From assembly GCA_001949185.1 (NCBI GenBank), contig BDGG01000002.1, positions 7,492,448 to 7,556,294 on the forward strand: DNA of 63,847 nucleotides. Direction: 5' to 3'. This document shows positions 34,287 to 47,937 of the stretch, piece after piece. Numbering within the stretch: position 1 is the stretch's first letter; each line of letters opens with the position of its first letter. Made by a program: the position numbers and the translations under genes. Source of the stretch: Ramazzottius varieornatus (Eukaryota > Animalia > Tardigrada). Under the pieces are notes generated by a model. That model had not been told where the DNA came from. It saw nothing but the letters and a program-made list of their open reading frames with translations, and did no database searches.

Positions 34287-36016
34287 CTATTTCTCTTCAG
34301 GATTTTCAGTATTTCTTGGCAGATCGAAATGGCTCGTGACATACTCGACCACTTGTTCCTTCGTAGTGTAATCGCTAAACCCTATTCTTTCTGCTTTGGT
34401 CATGTGCTTGTCCAACATCCATATCAGATGGTGATGGAAGATTCTGAATGGACAGGTAGTGTCTTTCTCGTTGATATCCAGCTGCAATAATTACAGCCAT
34501 CAGTACATTCATCTCCCCATACTGACAGAACGCCAGCAAATGGATTCACCCATATCATTTTGCCAAGTGGCGCAGGCTAACGAGCATTAACAATGAGAAC
34601 GTACGCCACTTGGTACAATATCTGGGTATTGATACGATTCCTTCGTCGACGTTCCATGTCGTGTGCAGTATGAGAACCGGTAATAAACCGACTTACCCAG
34701 TCAGCCACGCATTCTAAAGGCGTTATCTCGTGACCGGCGAACAGAGCGGGGTTCATCAAGAGAGCGTTCGCGGCCATCACACCATCCACTCCGGTAGCAG
34801 CTACCATTCGGTCCACATCTCCGGGTACCTTAATGTCACCATTGCCGAAGACGGGAATCCGGACGGACTGCTTGATGGTTTTGATGGCGTCCCAGTTGGC
34901 AGGTTCGCTTTTCTGCCTTATGGTCCGGCCATGGACCGTTATGAACGAAACTCCGCCGGACTCCAGCTGACGACATAAATCCACCGTTTTACTGCGAGAA
35001 AATTTATTAATGCCGACGACCCGGAAATACTTCGTGCGGTACTTACGTGATGTCGTCTTCGACTCGTATTTTGATGGATTTTGTAAAAGACTCGTCTGGA
35101 ATTCTGTTCCGCATTTGCAGTATCATGTCGTGTCTGCAGAGACAAAGCCGTGTTACAGTATTTCGAAAGTTTCGAATAGGATACTTGACTATATAGAATT
35201 TTCATGTTTTTGCTCCTTCGAATACTTACATGATTTCCGGATGTGAAAGCAAATAGCCGCCGATCTTCTCTGCAATGGCCCATCTGCAAGGAAAAGCTAT
35301 CACTTCGGTTTTATTGATGTTAAGGACTTGTAATGATGGTGAACAATCGAAAACTCGAGGGTCATACTTCTGAGGACAACCGCAGTTGATATCGATTCCA
35401 TCAGAGACGCTACAATAAGTAAAACGTAGTAATGTTAATGACGGTGGCGACAACGTTAGAACTCGGAAGTACGCCGCAGCGTAAATTCCGTACTCGGCGA
35501 CGTATTCAGCTGCTTGGACGAAGTCCGACGGAGAGCTAGCGCCGAACTGGACAATCAATGGCCGATCATCTGGAAAGAAAACCTAGTCAGTAAGTCCCAT
35601 GCGGAACTTTCAGACATCAACGACCAATGGCATGCCCATCAAATCATGCGGAAGCAATGAAGCTTGCTTTGGTTTGGAAGATGAGACTGCTTACTGGGGT
35701 CTGTGCTGAAGTCCACTTCTCTAGCTTTGGCAGATTTGATGAAGGAACTGGCGGTGATCATCGGTGTGAACGCGATATCCGCTCCCCATTTGCGCACAAG
35801 ATGCCGGAACTGGAGCCTGTGAAGCATGAAGTGGCAAGTGAACAAAGGCAGAGCAGGAACTTCCGGAGCTCGTTAGAGTAACAGCTGTGGTAAATCGCAA
35901 AATGCTCAACTTGACAAGATTAATTACTTTGAGTATCTGACCATCGGCGCACAGATCTTGAGTGGCTCATCCTCCCGAAGAAGATTCAGTATACTGGTAG
36001 TCCTCCGGTCTCTCAT
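34287..36016 (-). CDS. DUS4L: tRNA-dihydrouridine(20a/20b) synthase-like
   Basis: ICAPMVRYSK|LQFRHLVRKWGADIAFTPMI, DRPLIVQFGA, GIDINCGCPQ, ITVHGRT, NGDI, GVMAA..LL.NPALF, FHHHLIWM. Confidence 0.92.
34528..34655. repeat. Intronic palindromic element, copy 4 (core 34565-34611)
   Basis: CCAAGTGGCGCAG-25 nt-GTACGCCACTTGG; outer gaacgccagcaaatggattc / gattccttcgtcgacgttc; in DUS4L intron 34482-34696. Confidence 0.8.
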
Positions 36017-36297
36017 TGTTCAGCTCCAACTGCTCTCAAGCTTGAGTCAAGCAGAAAGAAGGCTTATAACGGAGATACGAAACTCAAATGTTCCCACTTC
36101 GCTTCCGCTCTTCCGGTGAACTGACTGGTCTGGATCAGCTGATCTATTCGCTAGCAGTGTGTAACAGCCCACTGTCCACCAGGTAGCATCGTGCCGCGCC
36201 TAGCGATACGTGATCATGGCAAGACAGAGCGTGTTTCTGGCTGATTTTCTCGTTTGTTTACTTTTTCCAGTCTCATCACCGGAAGTGGAGCGTCGAG

Positions 36298-36332
36298 TCG
36301 TTACTCGTTACTCGTTACTCGTTACTCGTTAC
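36298..36332. repeat. (TCGTTAC)x5 heptamer tandem repeat in the DUS4L/GLOD4 head-to-head interval
   Basis: Five perfect copies visible. Confidence 0.9.
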
Positions 36333-36648
36333 CTTGCGGGTCCTCCAAAACTCACTGCCGACTCTGTCCGGAAGGGCGTGATTGCTAGCACTTGACGCCT
36401 TGAGTAGCTCGAAGCCAGGTATGATATTCGGCAGTCCACAAAGGCCTGGGGGTAATCGATCTCTGCGAATATCAGCTGTGGCTGCTAATCCTGCTATCGG
36501 CTGGAATTTGAAGTGCGATAACAGCGAATGCAGGGCATTTCTGACTCTTGGCAGTTGCTTCTGGACTCGCCTTAATTTAACTATTTGCTGTTTCAGGGAA
36601 ACGGACTTCAGAGATTTGCGAATCATAGTTCCTCGCTAAGCTTTCGAA

Positions 36649-38277
36649 ATGGCCGCCCGACGCCCTCTGCACTACGTCTTCAAACTGGCCGAACGCGAGA
36701 AGACCATCAAATTCTACACGGACATACTCGGGATGAAGGTGCAGGAGTCTTTGTACGGCAATAAGATCTTTCATCGTATGCTACAGAACTGATGAGGAAC
36801 TATTGATCTCTAGGTATTGAGACACGAAGAATTCTCAGAAGGATGCGAAGCAACATGTAACGGGTAAGTTCAGACCCCAATAACCCTTCATCACCGAGCA
36901 AGAACCTATCACGGAACGTGTTTTCGGTGCAGGCCGTACAACAATGCATGGAGCAAGACAATGATAGGGTATGGCTCTGAGGATGACCATTTCGTCGTGG
37001 AACTTACCTACAATTACGGCATCAAGGAGTACGAACGCAGCAACGACTTCCTAGTTCGTCAGCTAGTCCTCTGACCGATCCTTTTGGGTCATTTGTCTAA
37101 CTGGCTTCCCTTCCTCTGTTGCAGAAGTTGACCATCCATCTGGAGGGAGTCAAGGAAAAGCTGGACAAGGAAAAATATTCGTACAAAGTGCGCGAGGATG
37201 GAGCACTGGTCTTCCGTCTGCCGTACAGTCCGAACTACGAGTTCCACGTCGTCAGCGAGAGAGTTGAAGGCGGTTAGTTTCTTGGATATCTCATTCACAT
37301 TAACAGAATAAAGTAAACTTCGGACCTACTGTGGCTAATGAGGAATATTCATGTAGATCCAATTCGGCAGGTGACTTTGGCTTCTTCGAACATCGAAGAA
37401 ACAACCAGTAAGTTATTCACCACATGACTTCGCGCTCTTTCTGCATTCTTCCGGGATATTTTGTGGTCGCGTCTTCATTGACTGGACTAAGAACCGCATT
37501 TTCCAGAATTTTGGCAGCGGTTCCTCCAAATGACTATCGTTGGTCAGAAAGAAGACGAAGTTGTATTCAACTATCCGAGTTTGCCGGTAATCACCCAGCT
37601 TTGTTCCCTGTTGCTTGCGTATCTCAGATCGTATATAACCACTTCGTCTATTGAATGCAGACGTTCACGTTACGGTTCAAGAATAACAAGAAACCAGTGG
37701 AGCACAAAAGCGCCGAAGGTCGGATCGCGTTTTCTTGTCCAGCAGGCGAGGTACTGTAGTCAGAAGCGATCTTGTAATTTACTGCGATGTGCTCTATCGT
37801 GCCATGTCACCCTGACAAGCTTTCATAATTTCAGCAAGAAGCCTTGCAAGAAGCCTCCGACTATGCGGGTTACCGGATCAAGAACCGCTTGACGACACTT
37901 CCTACACCAGGAAAAGCCGACGTTAGAGTGGTGATTTTGCTTGACCCGGTAAGTCCTGGTGATTTAATGACTCCTGTATCTTGATCGGTATAACACAAGT
38001 ACCTCATTTCCTCGTAAGGATGAGCACGAAATATGTTTCGTCAACGACGATGCTTACCGGCAGCTTTCACAATACGATCCGAAAGGAGTCGAGTTGTTAC
38101 AACAAGTAAGTTTTTCGTCCGTTGGTCTAACAAGAAACAGAAGTCTGGCCGGCAGTTTTCGGTGGCCGTTTCCGGCCTCAAAGCTTGCGTGTATGATGGT
38201 TGCGTTCGTATGTTTTACAGGCGATTGAAAAGGAGAATACTTACAATGCCAAAAAGGGTGAGCAAAGCAAGCAGTGA
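36649..38277 (+). CDS. GLOD4: Glyoxalase domain-containing protein 4, multi-exon
   Basis: [12 protein letters not shown]...FYTDILGMK|[17 protein letters not shown]|[29 protein letters not shown]; GRIAFSCP; [17 protein letters not shown]|DEHEICFV. Confidence 0.95.
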
Positions 38278-38507
38278 CGCACCTGAACACCCGTCATCCA
38301 GCGTTTCGCGTTTTCGAAATACAGTCCGAAATTTAAGCAGAGAAATTCTGTATGCTTCAAAATGATTTTTGTCCGAACAAGGAATCGTTAGTCGTTAGAT
38401 CATTTATTTTGAAAATTTTTCGAACGCACTACCCTGCTCGGCTATATCGAACATTCTGGAGCTTCCGTATATACTGTACTTCTCAGTACATCGTACAATA
38501 CAAAAAT

Positions 38508-39533
38508 CTAAAGCTCATCCTTCTGCGCTGGTTTTGCCTTTTGCGGCTCATTTTCCGATGAGAAACCGAAGAATTGGTTTTGATCTTTCTTGTCTCTTTT
38601 CTTGAGGCTTTCCGACGTACCTTTTACGCCTTGTGCTGCTCTCGTGAAAGACTTTGCTTGTTCCGCCTCCGAGTTTCCTGCTGTTAAAGGCTCGCCATTG
38701 CGTTCGCCACCTACGCCGTTGCGGGCCTTTTTTGTTTTGTCTCCGAGCGGATCAATGGCTATTCTTCCATCGGTGGCCGGCTTCAGGATCTGATCAGCGA
38801 CCAACTTGAAACGAATGAGAAAGACATGATATTCGGCGCAGTGACCATCGTATTCTCGGCTCTATGGACAGAGCATACAAGGCTCGTACCTTGTCAGAAA
38901 CTTTTCCTGCAGGAGAATCTTTTATGCCCTTACAAGAACCTGCGATCTCGAAGCAGATGTCGCCCTCCAGTTCCTCCACCGAGACTTTGGGATTCTCCAT
39001 GAAGTGCCCAACCAAGCTCTCCGTTATAGCTTTCCGATGATCGCCTACAACGAAGTAGACACATTGGAGATTTGTACTGAACATTTCCACTTGGTTAAGA
39101 GGAGGCAGGAGAGGTGTAACCTCTTCGAAGACTCACCCAGAAGTCCGTTGCAAGCCTTGACCATCTTTGGTGGACTGTAAACGTATCGAACCAGGTTCTC
39201 CAGCTTGCATATCTTGTTCAGCAATGCCGGTACGCGTTCCGCGATAGAAGCCTTGGTAGGTTTGTTGAGCTTCCCATGCAGTTCTATGAACAAGGCGGAT
39301 CATTTGAACGTACAACTAAACCGAATTTGTACTGTGACGGTCAAGCTCACCTGAAATAACACCGTGGCATCCTTCACATGCTAGACCTGAAATTAAAGTA
39401 AGATCCTTCCATAAGCCCATCCTCAAAGCGCACATGTGAATTCGGGAAACTTACCACTCGGCTTCACAGCGACGACAAGTGGTAGACAGCATGAAGACAG
39501 AATAGTACAAAGAAAGAGGATAACCCACTGCAT
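38508..39533 (-). CDS. ER-luminal saposin-like/Canopy-like protein with signal peptide and C-terminal KDEL
   Basis: MQWVILFLCTIL... signal; spliced ACEGCHGVISEL...IC...Y.YSPPKMVKAC..LL...IC...SC; ends AQKDEL*. Confidence 0.7.
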
Positions 39534-40136
39534 GGCTCAAGAACCTTCTCTTGGCCAAATAACTTCGAACGAGGGGATACTTCTTCAGGAGCCAGTTGAT
39601 ATCACACAGCTACTTTGACGTTCGTAGACAGGTATGGAGAATACGCACATTATTTTATTCCCCGTGGGACCGGAAGTACCTCGCATAACGATATTCGGCA
39701 TTACAACTCACAATCACAGCATACCATGAGCGTGGCAATCGTAACGGAGCAAGTTTCTGGGTTATCATCACGGGACAAGGTCCGCTCCGAGAAGATAGAC
39801 TGTGCAAGCTACCGAACGAACGCAGATGAATGGGAAACCAGAACAAACAAAAGATAGACACTACTAAAGTACGCACAAATTCACGAAAATTCCTAAACCA
39901 TTCAACAATTCATATACCCACGTACGAGATCCTTCTGCAAACGTTGAATGCCTTTACAAAAGCCCAGATCCCTTCGACAACTGATACGCGAGAATGTCGG
40001 GTAGGAAAAAGCGTAGTCGTCCACGGAGAGAGACATTGGGAAGTCCACTAACGCGTACCTGCAGCAGGCAGCAGCCAATAAGTGAATACAGTGGCGTGGT
40101 TCATCGACTTCCGAGCACGTAGACTTTCCAGCATCT

Positions 40137-40762
<626 letters not shown>

Positions 40763-40924
40763 TCAACTTCACCGTCGACCAGTTACAAACTTCCTAAATA
40801 CGGATCTCTGTTCGAAAATCGAAATTCTCCCTTTTCAAGAACGCTGAGATCGTGATAATTCATATTTCTTCTCACTGCTCCGCTACACCGGATAAGTACA
40901 GAATTCCATAGCTGAGATTGGAAC

Positions 40925-41375
40925 ATGGCTTAGGGGACTGCCTGACGGTTAACGATCCTTACAATATCATGAGGCAAATGACTGTGAATGTCGTTCAAGA
41001 CCTGTCCCGAGAGCTACCGTCGATTCATGGATCGTTCCCCGAATGGCTGCTGGTTCGAGCTGATCTTCGAATTTGACGAGCTGGCCTGATCCACCTCTTG
41101 AATGGTATGGTAACTTCCTGGACCTTGCCGAGACTCCTGGAATATCGAGGTTGCTCCTACCATTGCCCGTGAACGAGAAGGGTTTGATGCATGATCGGGC
41201 TGGAACGCTAGCTTAACGTAAATTGCTGGACGAAGATGGAACTCCGTGGTTCTCTCTGGCGATATCGACGGGAAAGGGTGACGACAAACTGGAAGATGGA
41301 GACGTGGTTTTTGGGAGAATGGCAGGATGGGAGAAGGATGTCGAATTGCTGATGGATGTGTGGGATGCCTACAAG
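40925..41375 (+). pseudogene. Degraded coding remnant resembling the C-terminal part of the 28988-29839 pseudogene
   Basis: GDVVFGRMAGWEKDVELL versus GGVVFGRLAGLNADVERL; upstream frames broken by stops. Confidence 0.35.
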
Positions 41376-41787
41376 GTTCTCACTTGTGCATGTGCCTTAC
41401 AGAAGCAATTAGATCGCCTCTGGTTTTCATCTAGGAATTAACATGTGCGGGGACTGCGGGCAAGGGCTATACGGCATTTGGGCAACCGTTTCATCATTGT
41501 AAAGCACATAGTAGCTGGTCTAATGGAATAAAATTATTGTATAGGTGAGTGGATGTAGGCGCGGCGCCACCACTACGAAAGATGTCACCGAAGAATACGA
41601 TATCCAGCGTCGCAAACCTTAGTCTCATGTAGAGTCTGTTATTCACATGCGAATCACAGCGCCCTCTGTGACTGAGTCGGTCGCCTAATAAAGGATGGAT
41701 GGCCAGGACTGCTCAAAAAGTTGTTGGACAAAGGAGGAAGTCTCAGCAGATTTCAGATTTCTGTACAGGGAATCGGACAACTATTTG

Positions 41788-43393
41788 CTACAGGAGTACA
41801 TTTCTGCGATGGTAAAACTGAATACACAGAAACAACATAAATAAATAACTGAAACTTTCCAAGTCAGGACCGGCATTGGAGCTGGGTCCCCATCGTGGAT
41901 CACTTCGAGGCATGCGTCCGTTGTAACTGAAGCAATCTTTATCATTGAGGGCCACATCGAACCGCCGGCTCTTGCAGAATTCCGCTCCAGTGGGATACAA
42001 TACACCGACGTAATCACCTTTTAGTTTCGCATCTTTGCAGGCGTTCAAGACGGCGTCGCAGAAGGAGGCGCACATCTTCAGGCGTCTCCACCCATTGGAG
42101 TAGAAATTATATTGCAACTGCAAAAAATGCCCAAGGGATATCCAATTAGTCCCGTAACTCTGGGTCGGACCAGCATACATCATTATGGAATGTGACCAAA
42201 TGAGTCAAACCAGATTGCTCTCCCAATCGGCGCACATTTCTGGCCAGTCACAACGGTAACGTGCGCCACCAGGAATGACGATAAGGCTCAGTCGATTTAC
42301 CCACGTCCCATGTGCCGGTACATTGCAACTTTGCACGGTACACCGGGCCAAGAATGGATTTACAATAATTGGGGCTTCTAAATTGAAATAACGATGTTTA
42401 CACTTGGCCCTCTTTCCCCGTGGTTTGGTGTTGGTAAATGACGTATTGTCCAATCGATCCTTGGATTACCGTTTTGTTATTTGTTCAGGGAACCATAGTC
42501 AAAATTCATTCCATGAGGGCTCAGTTTATCCGCTTTCTATTTCCAGCCATATTTTCCATCAGGTTTTTTTATGAGAAGCGGTTGTGAGACTTACCGGGTC
42601 GCACACCCAACAAATCATGTAGTTGAGGTGCCGCATGCAGTTCTCCGAAGCTCCTTGAAGAGGCTTTACCTTTTTGAAGATGGATTCTAGCTCAGCCTGA
42701 CGGCAACAACTTCTCTGAAAAGCAAGAGGAATAGGTCGTGATTACAATGAAGATTTCAAGTAGAAAAGTGTAGGATTCTTGTCAAGTTGCACAAAGTGCT
42801 TTTGCATAAACATACGGCCATCAGGTTCGTTTACTTCATTCTCTGGCAAAGAAGGCTATAGTTTTCGGTCAATAAGCAAGAAAGCTAGCTTTTAAGCTTT
42901 GAATCACCATTGATCCATCGGTGCAAGAATGTCGCTTGTAAGGAAGGACTAATCGAATGTTTCGTGCGTGAGCGATCAAAAGCGCGCAGCTCAAAGAACC
43001 TTCAATTTCAAGGGCCACTTACGGTACAACACGCACCTCACGATACCATGTACAGTTGCGCAGGTCCGGCTGCATTTGGGGACTGCGATTGTCAAAGAAA
43101 GAGCAAAAGGGTTGAGTGACTCTGAGTGGGGCTAAGGGTACCGAAGAGCCCGGTGCGTAAGGATCAACTTGATGGCCGGCTTTCTCGTCAATCTCATCAC
43201 CGTCGTAGTACTCCACACCTCCCGAGTCGACGGAGTTAGCAGGACCCGGAGCGGAGACTTCCGTAATTTTAAACAATCCTAGTAGAACACCGAAGACCAG
43301 GGAACATTTTGACAGATGAGAGAAAGGATTCCGGATATTTAGATAAGTTGAAAATGAAGGAATCCGACCAGGCAGAATATTCCAACAAGGCAT
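41788..43393 (-). CDS. Folate receptor / riboflavin-binding protein family member, probably GPI-anchored; 3 coding exons
   Basis: CSFF.NR.P...LRNCTWYRE|RSCC...C..HLNYMICWVCDP|LQYNFY...MCASFCD...AC...FC...CF; hydrophobic C-terminus. Confidence 0.8.
42187..42309. repeat. Intronic palindromic element, copy 5 (core 42226-42270)
   Basis: ATCGGCGCAC-25 nt-GTGCGCCACC; in intron 42118-42594. Confidence 0.7.
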
Positions 43394-44859
43394 TTTGTCT
43401 GGCGGAAGTTGAGCGGAACTAGCAAACGGCGAATTTATGCTATGGCGGTTTGATCCAGGAAATACTTCGTGCGGAGGAAGTACGGTGTCATGCTGATGGT
43501 GGGAAGCGTCGACGCACGCGAGCGTGAGGTCGTCAAAGAGCAAGAAAAAGCGACGAGGCCACGAACCCTACTCGAGTCTTGTTTGGGGGCGTGCACGTCG
43601 GGGCAAGTATAACTCGACAATGATGCTACATTGATGGCAGTTTGGCCAAAGTGATTGCCATTTTTACTGGCAAGTTTTGTAAACTAGAAGAGGGAATTAT
43701 TCGATTTGCATGATGAAAGGGGAAAGCTAGGGAATAAGTGCGGAGCTGGCCGGCAGCAGGAGCGTGCAGATGCATCAAGCATCCTCGAATCGATGTGCCA
43801 GATAACTCAACAAGAACAGCCTCGGGCAAACAGACGAGCTAATACTTGACTTGATTGGGTTATCTGCTTCAAGAGTGCTGTCGAGAGTTTCCGCGGTAGG
43901 CTTGTGGAAAGCCATCAATCAGATGCCAAGGCTTTTTGATCGGGTTGGCGAACAGGTGGCGCTTTGACAAGGGTTTGATATTGATTTTGCTGAGGAGTTT
44001 ACCAAAGGAATCGCTAATGAATTGATCAGCTGCCTTGCTTGTGGTTGAATAATAACAAGAAGATATACGGGCTGTCACGAGGGACCTTTTCAATAAAGTG
44101 CAGAACGAACCTTGATGACAACCTATTCTGTCAGCTTCCGTCCGTACAGACAGTTAATATTACTCGGAGTCCTACGGTGGAGACTTCGAGAGTTTCATAA
44201 AGTCCACGCGGTCTACGTCCTACAGTTCGAGTGGTCATGTTTTCGTCTTTTGGTTGAAAGGTTCTTCACGAGTCCTTAGACGGGGAAGAAATGCATTTTT
44301 CCGAGGCGAGCAACCACAAAATCAAACGGGGGCCGATGATTACAGAGCAAAATAATTTTACCACAACAGCTAAAGCCGGTCGTAAATCAATCCCCGTCTA
44401 GTGACTGTTGCGTAATGTTATTCGTGGAAAAAATAACTTTGCTTTTTCTGGTCCGAATCATCAGTCCTTTTGCGACAGGATTGAAGAGGGAATAGATAAA
44501 GAGCAACACGGAAGTGGAGTTTTTGCCAATAATGACAGCTCTCTATTGTAATGTTAATCGAACTACTGTATCAGCTGTAGCTTTTAGATGAATTTGGAAT
44601 GCGGAAGTTAGCTTTGTTCAGCAGAATATTCTTTGGTTTTAGTCCCATTTGTCCAAGAACAAATGTCAACAGATAATCTGGAGCAAACAAGCGCACACCA
44701 TGTTTTTGAAATTCAGCTTTGTTACGAGATACATGCGGAAGTAATACTTATCAACTGTATAGCACTCATCAGTTCTCATTATCTCATCACTGTAGGCACC
44801 GCAATACTTCGATCATGACAGCTGGCACAAAACAGGAAACGAATTAACGGACCGGAAGT

Positions 44860-46809
44860 CTATGCGGCAGGCGCGACAGTGGCAGGCTGTACAACAATAG
44901 TTACTCCACCGGCGGTCGTACTAGTCTGCACTGCAGCGGGTGCTTCAGTTACCACAGGGGAAGCCACAACCGCAGCTGGTGAGACTTGAGACCCAGCTGT
45001 TCCCTTCACCACGCCAACAGGAAGAACGACGATTCCAGAGGTCGAAGTCGCCGATACATTCGCTACGGGAACTACGGGCACAGTGGGAACCAAGGACAAA
45101 GTGCTAACGGCAGGCTGGCCGTTTAGCGTGGCCACTCCTACAACGGACCCGGCATCCGCTGTCACTTCAGTGGCTGGAGCGGAAGTCGACAAAGCTTCCG
45201 TTGTGGTCTCTTCAGTCGTGGTCGTAATCTGTTCCGTTGTGGTAGTCGAAGGTGTGGTGGTAGTGGTGGTGGTGGTGGTGGTTGCAGCTTGGACGATCAC
45301 AGGTCGAGCGGGTCGCTGAGCGAGGATAGCAGCAGCTCCACTTCCGGGTCCGAGGACAGGGACAACTGGTCCAGTTGTCTGCTGGACGGAGACCACGTTG
45401 AGCGGAACAACGTTGACAACAGCTCGCGCGGCTCCAGGACCGGATCCAACACCGACGACATTGGCGTTCGATGAGGAGGCAACTGGGCTGCGGATAGCGT
45501 TGCCGGGACCAGCACCGACACCGACGACCGCCGCGACGGAAGTGGGAGCCTGAGTGGTGGCCTGGGCAACGTCCAGGTTACGGCTGGGCACTTGGGATTG
45601 TCCGCTCTGTCCATTTAGGCCGATGACAATACTGGCGCCATTTTGGTCCAGACCGGAAAGTCTGGAGATGTAGCCTTGGGGAGGCGTGTCGAAGAGAGGC
45701 GCATCGGGACGGTACAGACGCGTGTTGGCATAACCGTAGAGGGTTTTCGATCTGCAAAAATCAATTAATCATTAGCATGTTATCACTCGATATTTGGATA
45801 TACTGTAGAATATTCGGATAGAATGGCGTCATATCGAGTTACGTCTGTGACGTTAGTTACGCAAAAACGAATGAAAATGGCATCTTACGCGGCGCAGTCC
45901 ACATTATAATAGTAATCGCCTGAAGAGAGGAAATACAAGATCGGTTAGGTGAGCGATAAATTTTCGCTGGATAAAAGACACGGAAAAAGGATGTTATCAA
46001 TACGGTATTTTCAAAATTAAACTCACAAGTAAGAGTAAGCTGGTTGAAGACGGTTTGGTTAGGACAGAGAAAGCCAGTCTGATTGCCGCTGGGGTCGCAT
46101 CGGTACTGTGAACCACAAAAGTTTGATAAATGAAAAAAGATTAGGATAAAATATCCGCGGAGCTTTTCAGCTTTTCAAGGACTAAAAATGTTTAACCTAC
46201 GTATGCTTGGCACAGAGAAGGGGGTGCACTATCGGCGAAGAACCCTGGAGTAGCCTGGTTGGCGCAGTCGAAGCCGGTATTGGGGATGACGGCGTTGAGC
46301 GGGAAGGAAACTCCGGGCTGGGATGTGGCTAAGATGTCGATGACGGCTTCCGAATCGAGAGCTGGGACGTTCTTGTACAGGTCGAAGACGTATTGTCCGC
46401 TCTGTTGCTGCACCTGACCCTGTCCGGGACCTTGGTTGGGTCCCACGACGGCGTGGAAACCCGGTTGGCGTATCTGATGTCCGTTATCGACAGGGCCATG
46501 GGATCTTATTTGCTGGAATCCGGATCGTTGTTCGGTGAACGTCAAGGACGGCTGCTGAATTGTAGCCCGCGACTGAGAAGCCGACTGCTGCTGCTGGGAA
46601 GATTCTGCTTGTTGCTGTTGTTGGCTTTGACTGTCCTGTTGGTCCGCAGCGGGTTGAGTGCCGTTGTCTTGTTGGGCTCCCGATTGTCCCTGGACGGGCG
46701 TGATTACAACCTGGGGTACCTGAGAGCCCTGCTTTGGCTGAGATGCGGTGGCATTCTGTTGAGCATAAGCACCAACGAGGAGACCGAGAAAAAGTATAGC
46801 GGTCTTCAT
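44860..46809 (-). CDS. Secreted chitin-binding (CBM14/peritrophin-A) protein with Gln-rich N-terminus and Thr/Val/Ala mucin-like tail
   Basis: Signal MKTAILFLGLLVGAYA; IP.TGFDC....GFFAD....CQ|..C......FLCPNQTVFNQLTLTC|DYYYNVDC; polyThr tract. Confidence 0.85.
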
Positions 46810-47937
46810 GACGGAAAATCGTCAACCAGTGAATTAATGAAGATAGAAAACTATGATAATAGAATGCTCGTTGTTTTTATAAACTAGCAAAACCCACCGT
46901 AAATTTCTCTGACATGTCGGGCCAATAATACAAGTGGGAACGTCTTCGACGTTATTACGATGCCATTCGCGAACTTTCCGGCCGTTCCAACAAAGTATTC
47001 GCAGGCGCACAGGCAAAGCCGGTTTCATCGAATCAAACGCTGGTTGCGTCATTTGAAATCCGAAATAAATATACCGCACCTGTAAACATTCACATCCGTT
47101 ACATAAACAATGGAAAGTAACGTGAATTAATGGCCTTAACACCTCGAAGAAGATCGCTTTCAATTACGGCCTAATGACGTTAACGTTCTTTGACGATCGT
47201 TGTTGCGCAAAGGCAGCGTGCTGAGAAGTTTAGCGGAGTTACTGCTGGCATTCCGCAGCATGCTACAGTTGGTCATCTCTTTGGGACGAATTCGATCACC
47301 ATAGTTCTCATGTATTTTCCCAGCTACAACAGTTATGTACCATACCACTTTTACATTGCTGAACACGCATTCGGTAAGTTGACCGAAGGGAAGCCAGTTT
47401 ACTCAATTCAACAGAATAACTTAGGGCAAAATTTGAAGGTAAGACGAGTTGTAAAGTAATAAACTACCACACTGAAATCAGACGAGTGAAAACCCATTGC
47501 AAAATCGTATAGTATTTGCAACTCGTATCCCGCGACCAACATTTTGCCGGAATGCCGAAGTATTAAAAACTGAGATTTAAAAATAAGCGAAAGTTCAGAG
47601 TGAAGCATTTGGTCAATTCTCACAACTAAAAACCCTACTACCGAATCTGCTCAACTATAAATAGAAAGGTAACGTCAACGAGTAAAGCTTCTTAACTAGA
47701 AAGATGTCAAACGTGTCTACCCGTAGCATTTGATCGCCAGCCCTTACTGCTCCCATTCTGTGACGCAGCCGTGACCGATGAACAAGTCCGCGTTGCCTGA
47801 GCACCCAGCTCGGAAGACCCCGACCTAGCTCGCACCCTCTTGCTCGAAGACTTCACCGTCGCCGACGATATCGATACACTGGCCGACCCCGACTCGTGCT
47901 TCTCATCTTCCGACACTTCACCATTCATCGGCAGCTC

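Noticed and set aside
45083-46887. Plus-strand Val/Leu-rich ORFs
   Set aside because: Antisense shadows of the Thr- and Gln-rich chitin-binding gene.
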